Source of the DNA: an uncultured virus (IMG/VR IMGVR_UViG_3300027754_000077)
Taxonomy: Duplodnaviria; Heunggongvirae; Uroviricota; Caudoviricetes
Reading direction: 5' to 3' (one strand)
DNA length: 64,000 nucleotides
IMG/VR virus record: IMGVR_UViG_3300027754_000077
Both the position numbers and the translations under genes were made by a program. The notes beneath the pieces were generated by a model. It was given only the letters and a program-made list of their open reading frames with translations. It was not told the origin of the DNA and did no database searches. Shown in pieces: positions 40,191 through 51,911 of this stretch; within the stretch, counting starts at the first letter, position 1; every line of letters starts with the position of its first letter.

Positions 40191-40452
40191 AAAAATCTTT
40201 TTCAAAAGGTGGTTCTTTTAAATTTAATTTAGATTCAAGACAATTTAAATTATAAAATTTAACTTTGTAAGAATTTAGTAAAGGCGTGAAAAAAGCAAGA
40301 TTTTGAAGCAATTCGTGATATCTTTGACAAATCATTAAAAGCATGAGTTTATATTGCTCCTCAGAAAAATCTTCACTTTTAATTTTTTCAATAAAACTCT
40401 CCAACAATAGAGCTTGCTTTAAATATACTGCAGCCACTTCTTCGGGTGTCAT
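40174..40452 (-). CDS. Hypothetical protein
   Basis: Last ORF of the minus-strand operon. Confidence 0.5.
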   Translation of the reverse strand: MTPEEVAAVYLKQALLLESFIEKIKSEDFSEEQYKLMLLMICQRYHELLQNLAFFTPLLNSYKVKFYNLNCLESKLNLKEPPFEKDFFNEIR

Positions 40453-40458
40453 AATAAT

Positions 40459-40938
40459 TCATTCTTGATTTATTTTATTATCACTTGTTTCCCTTAAAAT
40501 AATTAATCCTAATTGAATTTTTTCATATGTTTTCATTTCCATTTTAGAATAGTCTGAAAAATTAAATGTTAAATTTTTATTTAAAATATCTTTGGCTAAA
40601 ATTAATTCATAAGGCATTTTATCATGTTTATCGTTCAAAAAATCTATGCATAAATTCTGATATTGTAGAGCTTCTTTTTCATTCAAACACAATTCGGATT
40701 CAATGTTTTGAATAATTTTTAAACACAAATTAAAATTTAAGTCATTGTAATTATTTTTTTCAGAATCAAAAATTATATTTTCATCATCAATAACTTTGAT
40801 TGAAAGTTCATTAAAAATTGTTTGTGCTTTTTGAATAAAACTATCTGAATTGAAATCAATTTTAGTTGCTTTTTCTACAGAAATTTTTTCAATGTGTAAA
40901 TCAAGATTTTTATTTTCAAAATTAAATTTTTTTTTCAT
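40459..40938 (-). CDS. Hypothetical protein (possible tail chaperone)
   Basis: Position after a tube-like gene; function from context only. Confidence 0.4.
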   Translation of the reverse strand: MKKKFNFENKNLDLHIEKISVEKATKIDFNSDSFIQKAQTIFNELSIKVIDDENIIFDSEKNNYNDLNFNLCLKIIQNIESELCLNEKEALQYQNLCIDFLNDKHDKMPYELILAKDILNKNLTFNFSDYSKMEMKTYEKIQLGLIILRETSDNKINQE

Positions 40939-42083
40939 TGTGGTTTAGTGTAAACAGTTGCGCTTACTTGATTATATAAAGCGTCCCTATTTATGTCAAA
41001 TTCATTCTGGAGATAATAAGCTGTGCTTTCAGTAGGCTGCAATAATGCAACAAATTTGACATTGTGAATAAAAGTGTTTTGTGCACTATCCAGAGATACA
41101 TCAAAAGATTGAATCGTAACGTTATTCATTGGGAAATAAAATGGACCACCAAAGTACATTATAATTTGTTTGTTAGTGCCTGATGCAAAATAAATTGTTA
41201 GATTCTCTGATGCAATAAATGAAAAACTTCCTGAAACTGTTCTTTTGCTATAAGACAAGAATTTCATTCCATCCGAAGTAAATTTTTGAACTCCGTCATT
41301 TGCTGTAAAAATTTTTGTGAAAGGGGTATTTATTTTTAAGCTCATTGAACGAATATTTATCCCTTCAGCCACAGAATAATTATTTAATGATGCTGTACTA
41401 TCGTAAATATTCGAACTATTTTGAGTAACATTTAAACTTAAAACACAATCATAGTTTTTTGCTGTTCTGTAAGTTTGCCTGTATTCACTTTCATTATATT
41501 CTGGTAATATTTCAGGTGGCAAAATTTGACTTCCTCCTGTGAAATCTACATCAACTACTACATCTGAACTAGAACAACTTATTGAAAAAGACTCTACAAA
41601 AAGGGGTCCACCCAGATTCTTTGGATATACATTTGTGTTCAGGAAAAAGGGCACAAATTGAAATATTGCGAGTCTCCACATTAACTCTTGAAAATATGAA
41701 TTTTGATCATTTTCTTGATAAGGTATTAAAACAGTAAATTTTAAGTTTCCTGATGTTTTAACATTATTATTTGTAACAATTGATAAAAAATCTGAATAAG
41801 TGTAAGTGTTTACGGGGCGAAATAAATCTATTTGGCTCAAAGTTAATGAGTTAATCATGCCAAGATAATAATTGTTTTCGTTATTGGCTGTTTGCTCAAG
41901 CGATCCCTTTTGCCCTTTATCAAAAAAATCAAAAGAAGGAGTGTAAACTTTAACAAGTTGTTTATCAATCAAATTTTTAAATACATTTAAAAAAGGCACA
42001 TAAGAAAAATTTTGTGAATAAAAATAAGGATCTTTATGAATTGCCAAAGCTATTTTTTTAAGTGATGAAGGATTAATAATCAT
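40935..42083 (-). CDS. Virion structural protein, tail-tube-like
   Basis: Beta-rich; SMSLKINT...KRTVSGSFSF motif resembling tail tube families; related in pattern to 42454-43785. Confidence 0.45.
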   Translation of the reverse strand: MIINPSSLKKIALAIHKDPYFYSQNFSYVPFLNVFKNLIDKQLVKVYTPSFDFFDKGQKGSLEQTANNENNYYLGMINSLTLSQIDLFRPVNTYTYSDFLSIVTNNNVKTSGNLKFTVLIPYQENDQNSYFQELMWRLAIFQFVPFFLNTNVYPKNLGGPLFVESFSISCSSSDVVVDVDFTGGSQILPPEILPEYNESEYRQTYRTAKNYDCVLSLNVTQNSSNIYDSTASLNNYSVAEGINIRSMSLKINTPFTKIFTANDGVQKFTSDGMKFLSYSKRTVSGSFSFIASENLTIYFASGTNKQIIMYFGGPFYFPMNNVTIQSFDVSLDSAQNTFIHNVKFVALLQPTESTAYYLQNEFDINRDALYNQVSATVYTKPQ

Positions 42084-42454
42084 ATAACTTTTTTAAGCCA
42101 CTCCTTGCAAATAATTTTTATCAAATTGTAATTCATACTATTAATGTCGGTTTGATTTACAATAATTGGTTGAATGTTTAAATTTTCTGGAAATTGCACA
42201 CTGTGTATTGCAGACATGAAAATTTTTCTATAAAGAATAGATGTTCGCACAAAAGGTTTACCTGTTATGTGATTTATAAATGTTGAATCTTCTAAAGCCT
42301 CAGAAACTATATCAAATCTTGGTCCTAATGCTAAAAACTTCAATTCGTAAAGATTATCTTTTTTAGGATAATCCACTATAATCAAATCATTTGGGAGTTT
42401 TGTTACGCTACATTTAGTTTCAAACTCATAAAAATCTTTTGAATACATAAACAT
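42080..42454 (-). CDS. Hypothetical protein (possible tail assembly chaperone)
   Basis: Small ORF between tube-like genes. Confidence 0.4.
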   Translation of the reverse strand: MFMYSKDFYEFETKCSVTKLPNDLIIVDYPKKDNLYELKFLALGPRFDIVSEALEDSTFINHITGKPFVRTSILYRKIFMSAIHSVQFPENLNIQPIIVNQTDINSMNYNLIKIICKEWLKKVI

Positions 42455-43785
42455 CAGCTTGTTACACCTTCCATTTCAAAAATAGGCTGCCCATCTCTTG
42501 TTCTTGTCAAAGCTAACCAATCAAAATCTAAAGAAACATAATTCCCCTGACTTGCATCAATCGCCCCAGGTCTAAAGACTACGTAGGGAATATTTAAAAC
42601 TTGATTAGCAAAATACACTTGAATGCCTTTATTGCTTTGATTAGTTAAAACAGGATACTTATTAAAAGTTGGCTGTGATGACCTTAAGGCGAGCACAGAT
42701 AATTTGCCTGTTACTTTTCTTGATTTAGAATAGTAGCCTTTAACATATCTTCTTGGCATTTTAATGTTGTCGTTTCCGTAGTAAGGTGTCATTTCATTAT
42801 CAATATTTATTGTAAAAGTTTTCACAGGTACAGGTGCTAAACTTTGTGTAAAAAGACCATTTAATTGTCCAAGAGTTTTTAAATCTGTAATATCAAAATC
42901 TGAAGATACATTATTTAGATAATCTTGAATTTTTAATCTGGACCTATGCAAAGGAATTATTGGACTTATGTTATTTTTTCTCTGAGATGAATTTATAAAA
43001 TCAAATCTTGTTGATGAATCAAAGTTTATACTGACAATTTTGCAAGATATTTTGACATAATCTTCGGATAATGAAAAAGATAAAGAGCTGACCATACATG
43101 GATAAAAACTTCCCTCTGAAGTATCCATTCTAAACATAGGTTCATTGAATATAGGAAAAGTAATATCAGAACTTGAGCCATAAATAAACACTTCTAGCCA
43201 ATATCCCGAATACCAATCTGAATCGCTTGGCATAGACTGCAGAGGAATAACATTTGCCCCATTAGTTAAAAAATAATTAAATTTAGGAGCTGTAGCAGGG
43301 GGCTCAGGATTGAATAAGGCATCATAAAGTAGTAACTCATTCACGTTTGGTGTTTGCCCTGGATTGTGTGTGAATTTATACGAAGTGTTGGTTCCCTGAA
43401 AAGACCAAGCAGAAACATTTAACAACAAATCTAAAGCAGGATCTAAACAACCCGATAAGTTATTTGAAAAAAGAAAATTAGCTGTAATTGAAATGTTACG
43501 ATTTTCAAAGTTATAAAAATTAGGTTGATTATATCCACCAAAAAGTAAACTATCTGCAGTGTTGCTTTCAATATTTACGCTGAAAGAATCTACTAAAGCA
43601 GGTCTTGGTTTGGGAATATTTGTTCGCTGGTTTAAAGGTAACCAAGGTTGAGATTGTCCAACAGATAGCCCATTGCCATAGTAATCGCATTTATATAGCT
43701 CTACTTTACCAAAGTTACTAGGATATGAAAATAAATTAAAAATCATGGTACACTGTCTATTGTAATAGTATCGTAAATTGTCCAA
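42454..43785 (-). CDS. Virion structural protein, tail-tube-like (two tube-like halves)
   Basis: VDSFSVNIESN...NRNISITANF and TFTINIDNEM...SRKVTGKLSV motifs. Confidence 0.45.
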   Translation of the reverse strand: MDNLRYYYNRQCTMIFNLFSYPSNFGKVELYKCDYYGNGLSVGQSQPWLPLNQRTNIPKPRPALVDSFSVNIESNTADSLLFGGYNQPNFYNFENRNISITANFLFSNNLSGCLDPALDLLLNVSAWSFQGTNTSYKFTHNPGQTPNVNELLLYDALFNPEPPATAPKFNYFLTNGANVIPLQSMPSDSDWYSGYWLEVFIYGSSSDITFPIFNEPMFRMDTSEGSFYPCMVSSLSFSLSEDYVKISCKIVSINFDSSTRFDFINSSQRKNNISPIIPLHRSRLKIQDYLNNVSSDFDITDLKTLGQLNGLFTQSLAPVPVKTFTINIDNEMTPYYGNDNIKMPRRYVKGYYSKSRKVTGKLSVLALRSSQPTFNKYPVLTNQSNKGIQVYFANQVLNIPYVVFRPGAIDASQGNYVSLDFDWLALTRTRDGQPIFEMEGVTS

Positions 43786-46322
43786 TTAATAACTGCGGTA
43801 TTACTTATAAAGTTAACTCCTAAAGTTAAATCTGGCTCGATAAAAACATCTAAAACTTTATCATAAAGATCATCTACGCCACCCAATAAAATTGTTGTCC
43901 CTCTTGCTGTTCCAGTAGGTACTGAGCCTGATAAAGTTGTTTGATAACCTGTAATAGTATTTTCAGCTAAAACATAAACAGTCATTGAATTTTGTATTGG
44001 AGATGTCGATATGTATGTCTGACCAACTACCGTCAAATTATTTCCAGCATCATTGAAATTCAAACTACTTAAATCCAAATATGGAATAAAGATTTGTAAT
44101 CTAGATGGGTATGCTGCTTTGTCATTAGATAAATAAACACCTCTAGATGATGTAATTGTACCTGTGCTTCCTTGATCTAAAAATCCAAGTTTAGTAACTT
44201 GAGATTGTGTTATTGATGTATTAAAAGTAACAAAATCATTAGTAGTTGCAAAATATGTTGTAAATCCTTGAGAATTAATAAATTTAAGTTTTTGTGAAGA
44301 AGATAAACTATAAGGAGTGTTCATGCTAAATACAGCCCAATAGTTTGTGTTAGATTGTAAACCAACAAAATTAGCATTATTTACGGGCAAGTTCATCACA
44401 TAAGATGATGATATAGAAGCAATTGGAATGGATTGTAGATTGAATAATTTGGGACCATTTGGTCTAAAGTTAGTTCCACTATAAATTCCGCAACTCAATT
44501 GAGACACAATCGGAAATAGTTGAGCCCCTGCCCCTCCAGAGTTTGTCTGAGCATCAAAAACTGTTACAGTAGGGGCAGAAATGTATCCGCTACCAAACGA
44601 GGTAATAAGGACTGACCCAATCCCTCCTCCTGCTGATGTAGTTAACGAAATAGCCGCTCCATATCCATCTCCAGAAATAACTGCATAAGGGGAAATATAA
44701 TTGGATCCAGAGTTTACAATTATGCAACTTTGTATGCCTGTAAGAGCTGAATTATCTGAAATAAAAGCGTTGAAAGCCAATCCTCCAATAACACCAGAAA
44801 CAGAATCTGAATCTTTAATTTTAATAGCAAAATTTGATGAACCTATTCCAATTGATGAATTTAAAGATGAAAGTATAGTATCTGATATTGTATATGTGGC
44901 TAATTCAAAAGGATCTGTAATTCTTTGTTGTTGAAATCCATTTTCTTCTTTAACATTTTTATAAACATGGAAAAATAAAAGATTAGAAATTGTCGATGAT
45001 GTGTAACTCAAATAATTATTTACTTTTTTGTTGAAATAAAAATTAGCTGTTGAGTTGAATTTTGGTGCATATTCTCCATCAGTGTTGACAGCAGAAACTC
45101 CATAAGAATGCGTACCATTATATATAGTTGAATTTTCTGTAAAGTCAATCAAATTTAAGACACTCAAATTCCCTGGAAATGATCCAAGATTTTGACCAAC
45201 CAAAGCATTGCCGCCATAAATATCACCTCTAAAAATGGCAAAAGTTCTTGTCAAATCTACATTTTTATAATAGTAGTAAAAGTTTTTGAATCTAGAATCA
45301 AAATCAGTTTTTTGTAAACCATTAAACCCCAAACCATATTGAAATAATGAAGTAGGCTTGAATGGTTGATTTTTCCAATACTCATCAAAACTTATTGAAT
45401 TCGCTGTAATATTAGTCGTATAGTTTATGAAACTATTTACTAAATTAGACTCGATACTGTATTTTTGTAAAGTATTATAAACTTTTACCGAATTGTTAAC
45501 AGAATTTAAAAATGCATTATAAGCTTGTTGATTTGGGAAAAAATCAGATGGATTGCTATACTCAGGATATGATTCATACAACGGAATAACCCCCAGCGGA
45601 CAACTGTAGGACAAAGAACTGGTTCCACTTATATCCACTGTTGCTGAAGCCAAAATAATTCCTGAAGATGGTATATCTACATCAGGCGGAGTACCATTGG
45701 CGGCAAATGTTGTTATGTACTTTATAACTGGTTGAAATATTAAGTTCGCATTAAAACCTGCGCTTGCAAAACTTGAAACATCTTGATTCAGAACTATAGT
45801 AAGTGTATTTGCATTTATTGAAGCTATACCAAATAAATAATTATTAATGTTAATTGTTTTAAAATTGTTTAAGTATGAAATACTTGGCAATTGATCAACA
45901 ACTAAAATATTTGAAGTTATTGAAATTATTTTGCATGAAAAAATTGTTGAAGCTAAATCAAAATCGTTATAATCAAGATAAAATTTGAATAGTTTTTTGC
46001 CAGCATAGTCAATATCATTTTTAACAGGTATAGACTGAGACGGAACTATTATTTTATTTCTTTGATAAAAAACAATGCCTTGGCTAAATTGAAAATCAAT
46101 TTGTGAAATATTATTTACAAATTCCAGACTAGCAAAAGAATTTGCATCTTCAAAAACTCCAAAAATTGGTTTACCATAAGCCATTATTGAAGCTATTTGT
46201 GTAATATTAAAAATTGCAGAATTAGGGCTTGTTACATCACCCAAAACATTTTTTTTGAGATCATATGATATGCCCACAGACTGAGAAAGATTTACCAGAA
46301 AAGAATCATTTATATTAGCCAC
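43743..46322 (-). CDS. Large virion structural protein (baseplate/tail)
   Basis: 859 aa, Ser/Asn/Ile-rich; GSNY.SP/GSGY.SAPTV repeats typical of baseplate/fibre proteins. Confidence 0.6.
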   Translation of the reverse strand: MANINDSFLVNLSQSVGISYDLKKNVLGDVTSPNSAIFNITQIASIMAYGKPIFGVFEDANSFASLEFVNNISQIDFQFSQGIVFYQRNKIIVPSQSIPVKNDIDYAGKKLFKFYLDYNDFDLASTIFSCKIISITSNILVVDQLPSISYLNNFKTININNYLFGIASINANTLTIVLNQDVSSFASAGFNANLIFQPVIKYITTFAANGTPPDVDIPSSGIILASATVDISGTSSLSYSCPLGVIPLYESYPEYSNPSDFFPNQQAYNAFLNSVNNSVKVYNTLQKYSIESNLVNSFINYTTNITANSISFDEYWKNQPFKPTSLFQYGLGFNGLQKTDFDSRFKNFYYYYKNVDLTRTFAIFRGDIYGGNALVGQNLGSFPGNLSVLNLIDFTENSTIYNGTHSYGVSAVNTDGEYAPKFNSTANFYFNKKVNNYLSYTSSTISNLLFFHVYKNVKEENGFQQQRITDPFELATYTISDTILSSLNSSIGIGSSNFAIKIKDSDSVSGVIGGLAFNAFISDNSALTGIQSCIIVNSGSNYISPYAVISGDGYGAAISLTTSAGGGIGSVLITSFGSGYISAPTVTVFDAQTNSGGAGAQLFPIVSQLSCGIYSGTNFRPNGPKLFNLQSIPIASISSSYVMNLPVNNANFVGLQSNTNYWAVFSMNTPYSLSSSQKLKFINSQGFTTYFATTNDFVTFNTSITQSQVTKLGFLDQGSTGTITSSRGVYLSNDKAAYPSRLQIFIPYLDLSSLNFNDAGNNLTVVGQTYISTSPIQNSMTVYVLAENTITGYQTTLSGSVPTGTARGTTILLGGVDDLYDKVLDVFIEPDLTLGVNFISNTAVINWTIYDTITIDSVP

Positions 46323-46356
46323 TTAAAGTAATTTTATGAATTTTAGTATACATTGC

Positions 46357-47190
46357 CTAGCTGACACCAAAATAGTCATTCAAAAACTCTTGGACAAAAA
46401 ATGGAACTACAGATTTATTTAAATTGTACCATGTGATAAAATCTGGATTCCAAGTTAAATAATTTGCCCAATTATAAACGTTCATATAAGTAGAGTTGAA
46501 AAGATTGTTATAGATTGTGTAATCAACTTCTGTGTTGAATTTAATAAAAGAATTATTGGCATTCAAAGAATAAAATTGACCAAAACCATTATTATACCTA
46601 AAACTTTTTAGATTAATTGAATAAAGAGACGAAGGTTGGCATTGCCAATTGGTATTGACTCCAACAAATGTAGAGTCTTCAAGATTCACTAAAATTAATA
46701 TTGCTAAGGTAGAATCATTGATCATATCTGATTCAAAATCTCTTATAATTTTTTCGTCTAAATTTTCATTTGAATCATATGGTATGCCATTAGTTTTAAA
46801 ATCAGAAGCTATTCCTAGAATTGATGTGGAATTTTGTGATATAGATATTTTTAAAGGTAATGTTTTATTAGTGTAATTTATTGTACCTAAGCCAACACTT
46901 GGTAAATCTTGTAAAGAAATTAAATTATTAACTTGTATTGATGTATCATTTTGAAGATTTGGGAGAACTTGATAACTAGAATTGTATGTAAAAACACCAG
47001 GTTGTATCCTTATGTCATTTATATCAAATGGTTGATAAAGTTCAAAACCAAAATTTAAAGCATACGATGTAGAGAAACCGTAATTTCTTATAGTATTAAT
47101 ATTTGCATTTTCAATTTCTAAACTTTTCTTGTACTTATAAAAAAGCTCACAAAAGGATCCTAATAAATTGGTTATAATTGATGTTGTCAT
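46357..47190 (-). CDS. Putative virion structural protein
   Basis: Asn/Ser/Tyr-rich ORF within the tail block. Confidence 0.5.
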   Translation of the reverse strand: MTTSIITNLLGSFCELFYKYKKSLEIENANINTIRNYGFSTSYALNFGFELYQPFDINDIRIQPGVFTYNSSYQVLPNLQNDTSIQVNNLISLQDLPSVGLGTINYTNKTLPLKISISQNSTSILGIASDFKTNGIPYDSNENLDEKIIRDFESDMINDSTLAILILVNLEDSTFVGVNTNWQCQPSSLYSINLKSFRYNNGFGQFYSLNANNSFIKFNTEVDYTIYNNLFNSTYMNVYNWANYLTWNPDFITWYNLNKSVVPFFVQEFLNDYFGVS

Positions 47191-50100
47191 GATGATCTTA
47201 TTACAAATGAGTCTCCTGGTGGGTATCCGCTATTAACTGATTCAGCATCATCTGATGTTTTTGAAACGTTCAGGAACACTAAATTGTCAATTGGTGCTCC
47301 TGAATTTAAACTTACAGGTGATGCAGTAATATTAGATGATATAGAATTATAATTAATTAAAGTATTGCCCAAACCAACATTCCAATTAATTTGTACCATT
47401 GAAGTTGATAAAGAGAAATAATAAATTTTGAAAGATACTGGAGCTGACCTTTCAACCACACTTAAGGTAGATGATGCATTTAAAATCCCAGTTGAAATTG
47501 TGCTAAAAGTATCTATAAAAGGTTGCGCGTTATTGTTTATGTACATTTGAACACCAGCAGATGTGCCAATAGTAATTGACACAGGAACTGTAGATGCCAG
47601 ATTACCCGAAGGCATAAAAGTTCCCTCAAAAATTGCAGATTTAACTCCTGTAGATACACCAATGAATGTGTTGGCAGAGCCCTGTAAATAATTGATTGAA
47701 TCGATATAAGACTGTTGAATAATATTGAACAAAGAAAAATTCTTATAATTAAACAATGTTCTATCCATCCATGTTATTTTCCATTTAGGGTAAGCGTTAA
47801 GTGTAATCAATTCTTGATTATAAATACCATTTGAATTGTAACCAACATTAACATAAATGTCATGTGAAAAGCCAAGGTACTGATATGCTGGTAGCGAAGT
47901 TCCGATCACACTATTATTGTTTAAAAATGATCTTGGATAAATTGATAATGGCTGGTTAATATTGTCAGATTTGTAACTCCAATATCCATCAATTACATTT
48001 ACAGGATCTGATTCTCGCAATCTGTTTGGGTTTGCTAATCCGAATTGTGATTTATCTGTGTAGTTGAAAGCCGCAAAAATATTCGGACTAATTTGATTGA
48101 AAAGCTTGTTGAATACAAAGTTGAAATTAATAGATGTATTTGATAAACCAATCTGACTTATTGTAGACATTCCTAAATTAACACAATCATACTGTGATAA
48201 TGATCTACTTAAAAACGTTTGGTCCTTAGCTAATGGTGTGGATGGCACTAATGAAGCAGAATTTATTACTGTACCAGAAAGCAATACATCATTAAAAGTA
48301 AATGCAATTCCTGTAAAAGTGCTCGATAGTGACGCAACATTTATTGAATTACTAAAAATAATTCCATTTGTAGAATTATAACTTGTGGATAATTTTAAAG
48401 ATATATTGTTCAGTCCATTGTAACTGTTATTTTTTCTAAGATAAAGATTAGCACCTAATGTATCAGAATTCAAAATATTTGTGCCAAATAAACCAGATAT
48501 ATTTATTGAAGCTTTTGAAATATCTAAATCGAAACCATTTGTTGAAATTCCGCCAGGTACATTAAAAGTGTTTGGATCATTATAAATATTTGAAGAGAGA
48601 ATTGAGTAATTTGATGTAGTTATGCCTGTGTAATCTCCTATAATACTTAAAAAACAATTTGTCAGATTTTGTTTAATAGATATAAAATAAGTAGTGTTGG
48701 CAAGTGAAACCAAAGTGTTTGCGAAATTAAAAGTTATTGGTATATTTAAGTCTGTATAGGCAGTTCTACTTATATTTGAAATTGGCACAGAGTCTGAACT
48801 AGCCACTTCTGTTTTTACGTTATCCTCATAAGCATAAATTTTAATTTGAAGATTTCCACTTGGATTTTTTCCGTTTAATTCTATAAGCTTACAATTAATC
48901 GTAACATAACTAATCTGTTTGTTTCCAAGTGAATAAGGTACAACAAAAGAATTAAAAATTTCATCTTCATACAATAAATAATTTTCATTACCTGAGGTAA
49001 AGTTCAAGTTTGACAAATTTGTATTTGGTGTAGAAAAATTATTAATATTTTCAAGGTCACCAGGTTGTAAATTAGATGGAGCAACTAAGAAAGAGTCAAT
49101 CGTTGGAGCATTATTAATTTTGATATCAATATTTGCAAAAGAAGAATAGCCTAAACCTACAAAAGCTTTTGGATTAAATTTAAATCCAGCATTGTACCCT
49201 ATAGCCGGAGGTGAAGATTGTGTGAAATTAGTGAGTATGTATGAAGAACTTACAGTAGCAGTGAATTTAGCAACATTGTCCAGATTCACTGTAATATTTG
49301 CGCTAGTAGTGCCAATACCTGTTGTTGAAAAACCAACGTTTAAATTTGTACTGAATCCAAAATAAAAATTCCCTCCAGGATTTAAAATTTCTATAGATGA
49401 TGGGTCTAGAATTCCACTTGATAATACATTAAATTGAATTTGAGCCGGTTGCTCATCAGTTTTTTGATTATCAGGCGGTAAAAGCCAAACTGTGTATCCT
49501 CCTGGAATCAAAGAACTTCCAAAAGAATTTACAGTTATAGATTTTACTTTGCAATTGTATCCAACTGGAACGTTTGAAATGATGTAAGGAGGAGAACCAG
49601 TGTTTGCTGTAACTATTCCACTCAAGATTGTTGCGTTAAGATTGGTAAAACCTGTATCATCAACTTTAGCTGGTTCGAGGAATTTCTGATCAAACCCTTC
49701 GTTCCAATATTTTGCTTGATTCACAACATAATTTGCTGCACAAATTGAGATGCTGCTCAAGGAATTAAAATTATTTGAGAATTTATCCAAATTCACAGTA
49801 TAGAAAGAATTGCCCTGATCCAAGTATTCTTGCACTGCCTCGTTAATATCGTCTGGGTCTGTAATTCCTTGACTTCTTAAAAATTCTATAAACTCTTCAT
49901 ACGTATATTTTGTAGAATCTTTTGGAGAAAATGATTTTGTCAATATGGGAACTACTGAGCCATCTTTTAAATCAGGTATTAGTCCAGAATATCCATATAA
50001 TCTAAATTCATTAATGCTCGAAACACTATAATCACTGTAATCTGTTGAATCGGGATTAGCTAACCAATAATATCCGATTGTGTCTTGGTTATTAAAAATT

Positions 50101-51911
50101 CTATTATTGTAATCACTTTCAGAAATTATATATTTTGAAGCCATTAAATAAAGAGTTTTATTTAAAAAGTTTTGATTATTATATCCAAAAGTCAAGTTAA
50201 GAGTGTAATCAAAAGCAAGACCCTGACCCTGGCTGTAAGGATCAATTCCATTACATACTAAACTTATAGGTTTATAAATTTCAAATGGAGTATTTTCTGG
50301 CAAATCATAATCATAATATAAACTTAATCTTCCTTGATCAAAAACCATGAATTCTTTACTTGACACAATATGCACAGCTTCAAAAATTGATTTCTCTTCA
50401 TATTCTGAAAAATTTAAAGGAGGTGTGTCTGTAGTTCCGTAAGGTTGTGTGAAATTTTTTAAAGTATTTCTAGACACTATTAAATTTTCACCCATGAAAT
50501 AACTATCAACATTGTTAAAGTTTACTCCAAAGAATAAGTCTGCAACAAAATTATCTAAAGTATTCAAATATAAATTTTTCAATTCATTCAGAGAAAGAAA
50601 ATAATTTTTAGCGTCTGGTAAATTTTCAGCAAATGAAACCCATAAATTTTCATCTTCTATCACTTTTACAAAAGCTGAGGGAACAATCTGATCAAGTTGT
50701 ATTAATGAAAAATTGTTTTGTAAATTTTTCTTTTTAGGATTTTGCTGAAAAACCATATAGTTTCCAGGAATATTTCTTTTGTAATATTGCTCTATGCTTT
50801 TAACTTTAACATCACTAAAATAGTTTGTGTTAAATAAGTTTTTTAAATCATAACTTGCATTAGATGATGTATTTTGTTTAGACCCAGATGTAATAAAATC
50901 TCCATAAAAGTACATCAAATTCTGAGAAGAACTTAAATAGCTATTAAACAAAATATTTTCATAAGCAGGGTATCTCTGTGGCTGTGATTGCTCTGAATAT
51001 ACTCCATCAATATAAGTTTCATTTATTCTATCTTTAGCCCATAAATAAGCAGTGTTGTCAACAAAACTTTGTGTAGTAAAACCTAAAGAATAAGGTACTG
51101 TGTTAGACCAAAAATTTTTTCTTCCAGAAACAGAACTCAAATTTGTTTGAATAATTGATGTGGTATAAATTCCAATTTTATTTATAAATGAGTTTGTGCC
51201 GACATACTTGTAATTTGAATTGATGTTGTAATTTGTAGAAATAAAATTTGCATCATTGGAGCCCCAATAGAAAACTAAATTGTAATTTGTAGGTGAAGAG
51301 TTTGTAAAATTTAATTTTACTAAAAGATTAGTTTGAGGTTGTGCATAAGACCAAGAATATTCAAAATTTATTAAGTTTGAATTTATATATCCACTTGAAA
51401 TGGAAAAGTTATCCAATCCATATACAGCAACATCTACAGGAACATCAAATAAATGAGAGTTATATTGATTTCCTGAAAAATCAATTGATGAATATGGTAT
51501 AGAAATTACTGATGTTTTATTTAAACCAATTGCACTTAATGAATAAATTTGTCCAGAGAGAAACGTGCTACTATAACCAAAATTATAATTCAAAATTGAA
51601 GTAGAAATGTGAGTAGATACATCAAAAGTAGGGTAGCTTGCAGTATTAATAAGACCAATTTTTACATTCTGTAAACTCTGTAATAATGCATCTGTGTTAT
51701 TAGATTGTATTTCTGATTCATACGGCGAAAAAATAGATGCTAAATCAAAATTTTCTGTTACTGTGCTTCCAATAATCTCAGCGGCTGATTCAAAAAAGTG
51801 TGCGCTGACTCCAATATTTTTATTCATATCACCGATGGCTTCATCTAACACCTTATAAGTGATTGCATTAGAGTGAACAATATTTGTGAAGAATTTTTGA
51901 ATTGTTGTCAT
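47187..51911 (-). CDS. Very large virion structural protein (baseplate/tail)
   Basis: 1574-aa beta-rich ORF in the tail block. Confidence 0.6.
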   Translation of the reverse strand: MTTIQKFFTNIVHSNAITYKVLDEAIGDMNKNIGVSAHFFESAAEIIGSTVTENFDLASIFSPYESEIQSNNTDALLQSLQNVKIGLINTASYPTFDVSTHISTSILNYNFGYSSTFLSGQIYSLSAIGLNKTSVISIPYSSIDFSGNQYNSHLFDVPVDVAVYGLDNFSISSGYINSNLINFEYSWSYAQPQTNLLVKLNFTNSSPTNYNLVFYWGSNDANFISTNYNINSNYKYVGTNSFINKIGIYTTSIIQTNLSSVSGRKNFWSNTVPYSLGFTTQSFVDNTAYLWAKDRINETYIDGVYSEQSQPQRYPAYENILFNSYLSSSQNLMYFYGDFITSGSKQNTSSNASYDLKNLFNTNYFSDVKVKSIEQYYKRNIPGNYMVFQQNPKKKNLQNNFSLIQLDQIVPSAFVKVIEDENLWVSFAENLPDAKNYFLSLNELKNLYLNTLDNFVADLFFGVNFNNVDSYFMGENLIVSRNTLKNFTQPYGTTDTPPLNFSEYEEKSIFEAVHIVSSKEFMVFDQGRLSLYYDYDLPENTPFEIYKPISLVCNGIDPYSQGQGLAFDYTLNLTFGYNNQNFLNKTLYLMASKYIISESDYNNRIFNNQDTIGYYWLANPDSTDYSDYSVSSINEFRLYGYSGLIPDLKDGSVVPILTKSFSPKDSTKYTYEEFIEFLRSQGITDPDDINEAVQEYLDQGNSFYTVNLDKFSNNFNSLSSISICAANYVVNQAKYWNEGFDQKFLEPAKVDDTGFTNLNATILSGIVTANTGSPPYIISNVPVGYNCKVKSITVNSFGSSLIPGGYTVWLLPPDNQKTDEQPAQIQFNVLSSGILDPSSIEILNPGGNFYFGFSTNLNVGFSTTGIGTTSANITVNLDNVAKFTATVSSSYILTNFTQSSPPAIGYNAGFKFNPKAFVGLGYSSFANIDIKINNAPTIDSFLVAPSNLQPGDLENINNFSTPNTNLSNLNFTSGNENYLLYEDEIFNSFVVPYSLGNKQISYVTINCKLIELNGKNPSGNLQIKIYAYEDNVKTEVASSDSVPISNISRTAYTDLNIPITFNFANTLVSLANTTYFISIKQNLTNCFLSIIGDYTGITTSNYSILSSNIYNDPNTFNVPGGISTNGFDLDISKASINISGLFGTNILNSDTLGANLYLRKNNSYNGLNNISLKLSTSYNSTNGIIFSNSINVASLSSTFTGIAFTFNDVLLSGTVINSASLVPSTPLAKDQTFLSRSLSQYDCVNLGMSTISQIGLSNTSINFNFVFNKLFNQISPNIFAAFNYTDKSQFGLANPNRLRESDPVNVIDGYWSYKSDNINQPLSIYPRSFLNNNSVIGTSLPAYQYLGFSHDIYVNVGYNSNGIYNQELITLNAYPKWKITWMDRTLFNYKNFSLFNIIQQSYIDSINYLQGSANTFIGVSTGVKSAIFEGTFMPSGNLASTVPVSITIGTSAGVQMYINNNAQPFIDTFSTISTGILNASSTLSVVERSAPVSFKIYYFSLSTSMVQINWNVGLGNTLINYNSISSNITASPVSLNSGAPIDNLVFLNVSKTSDDAESVNSGYPPGDSFVIRSS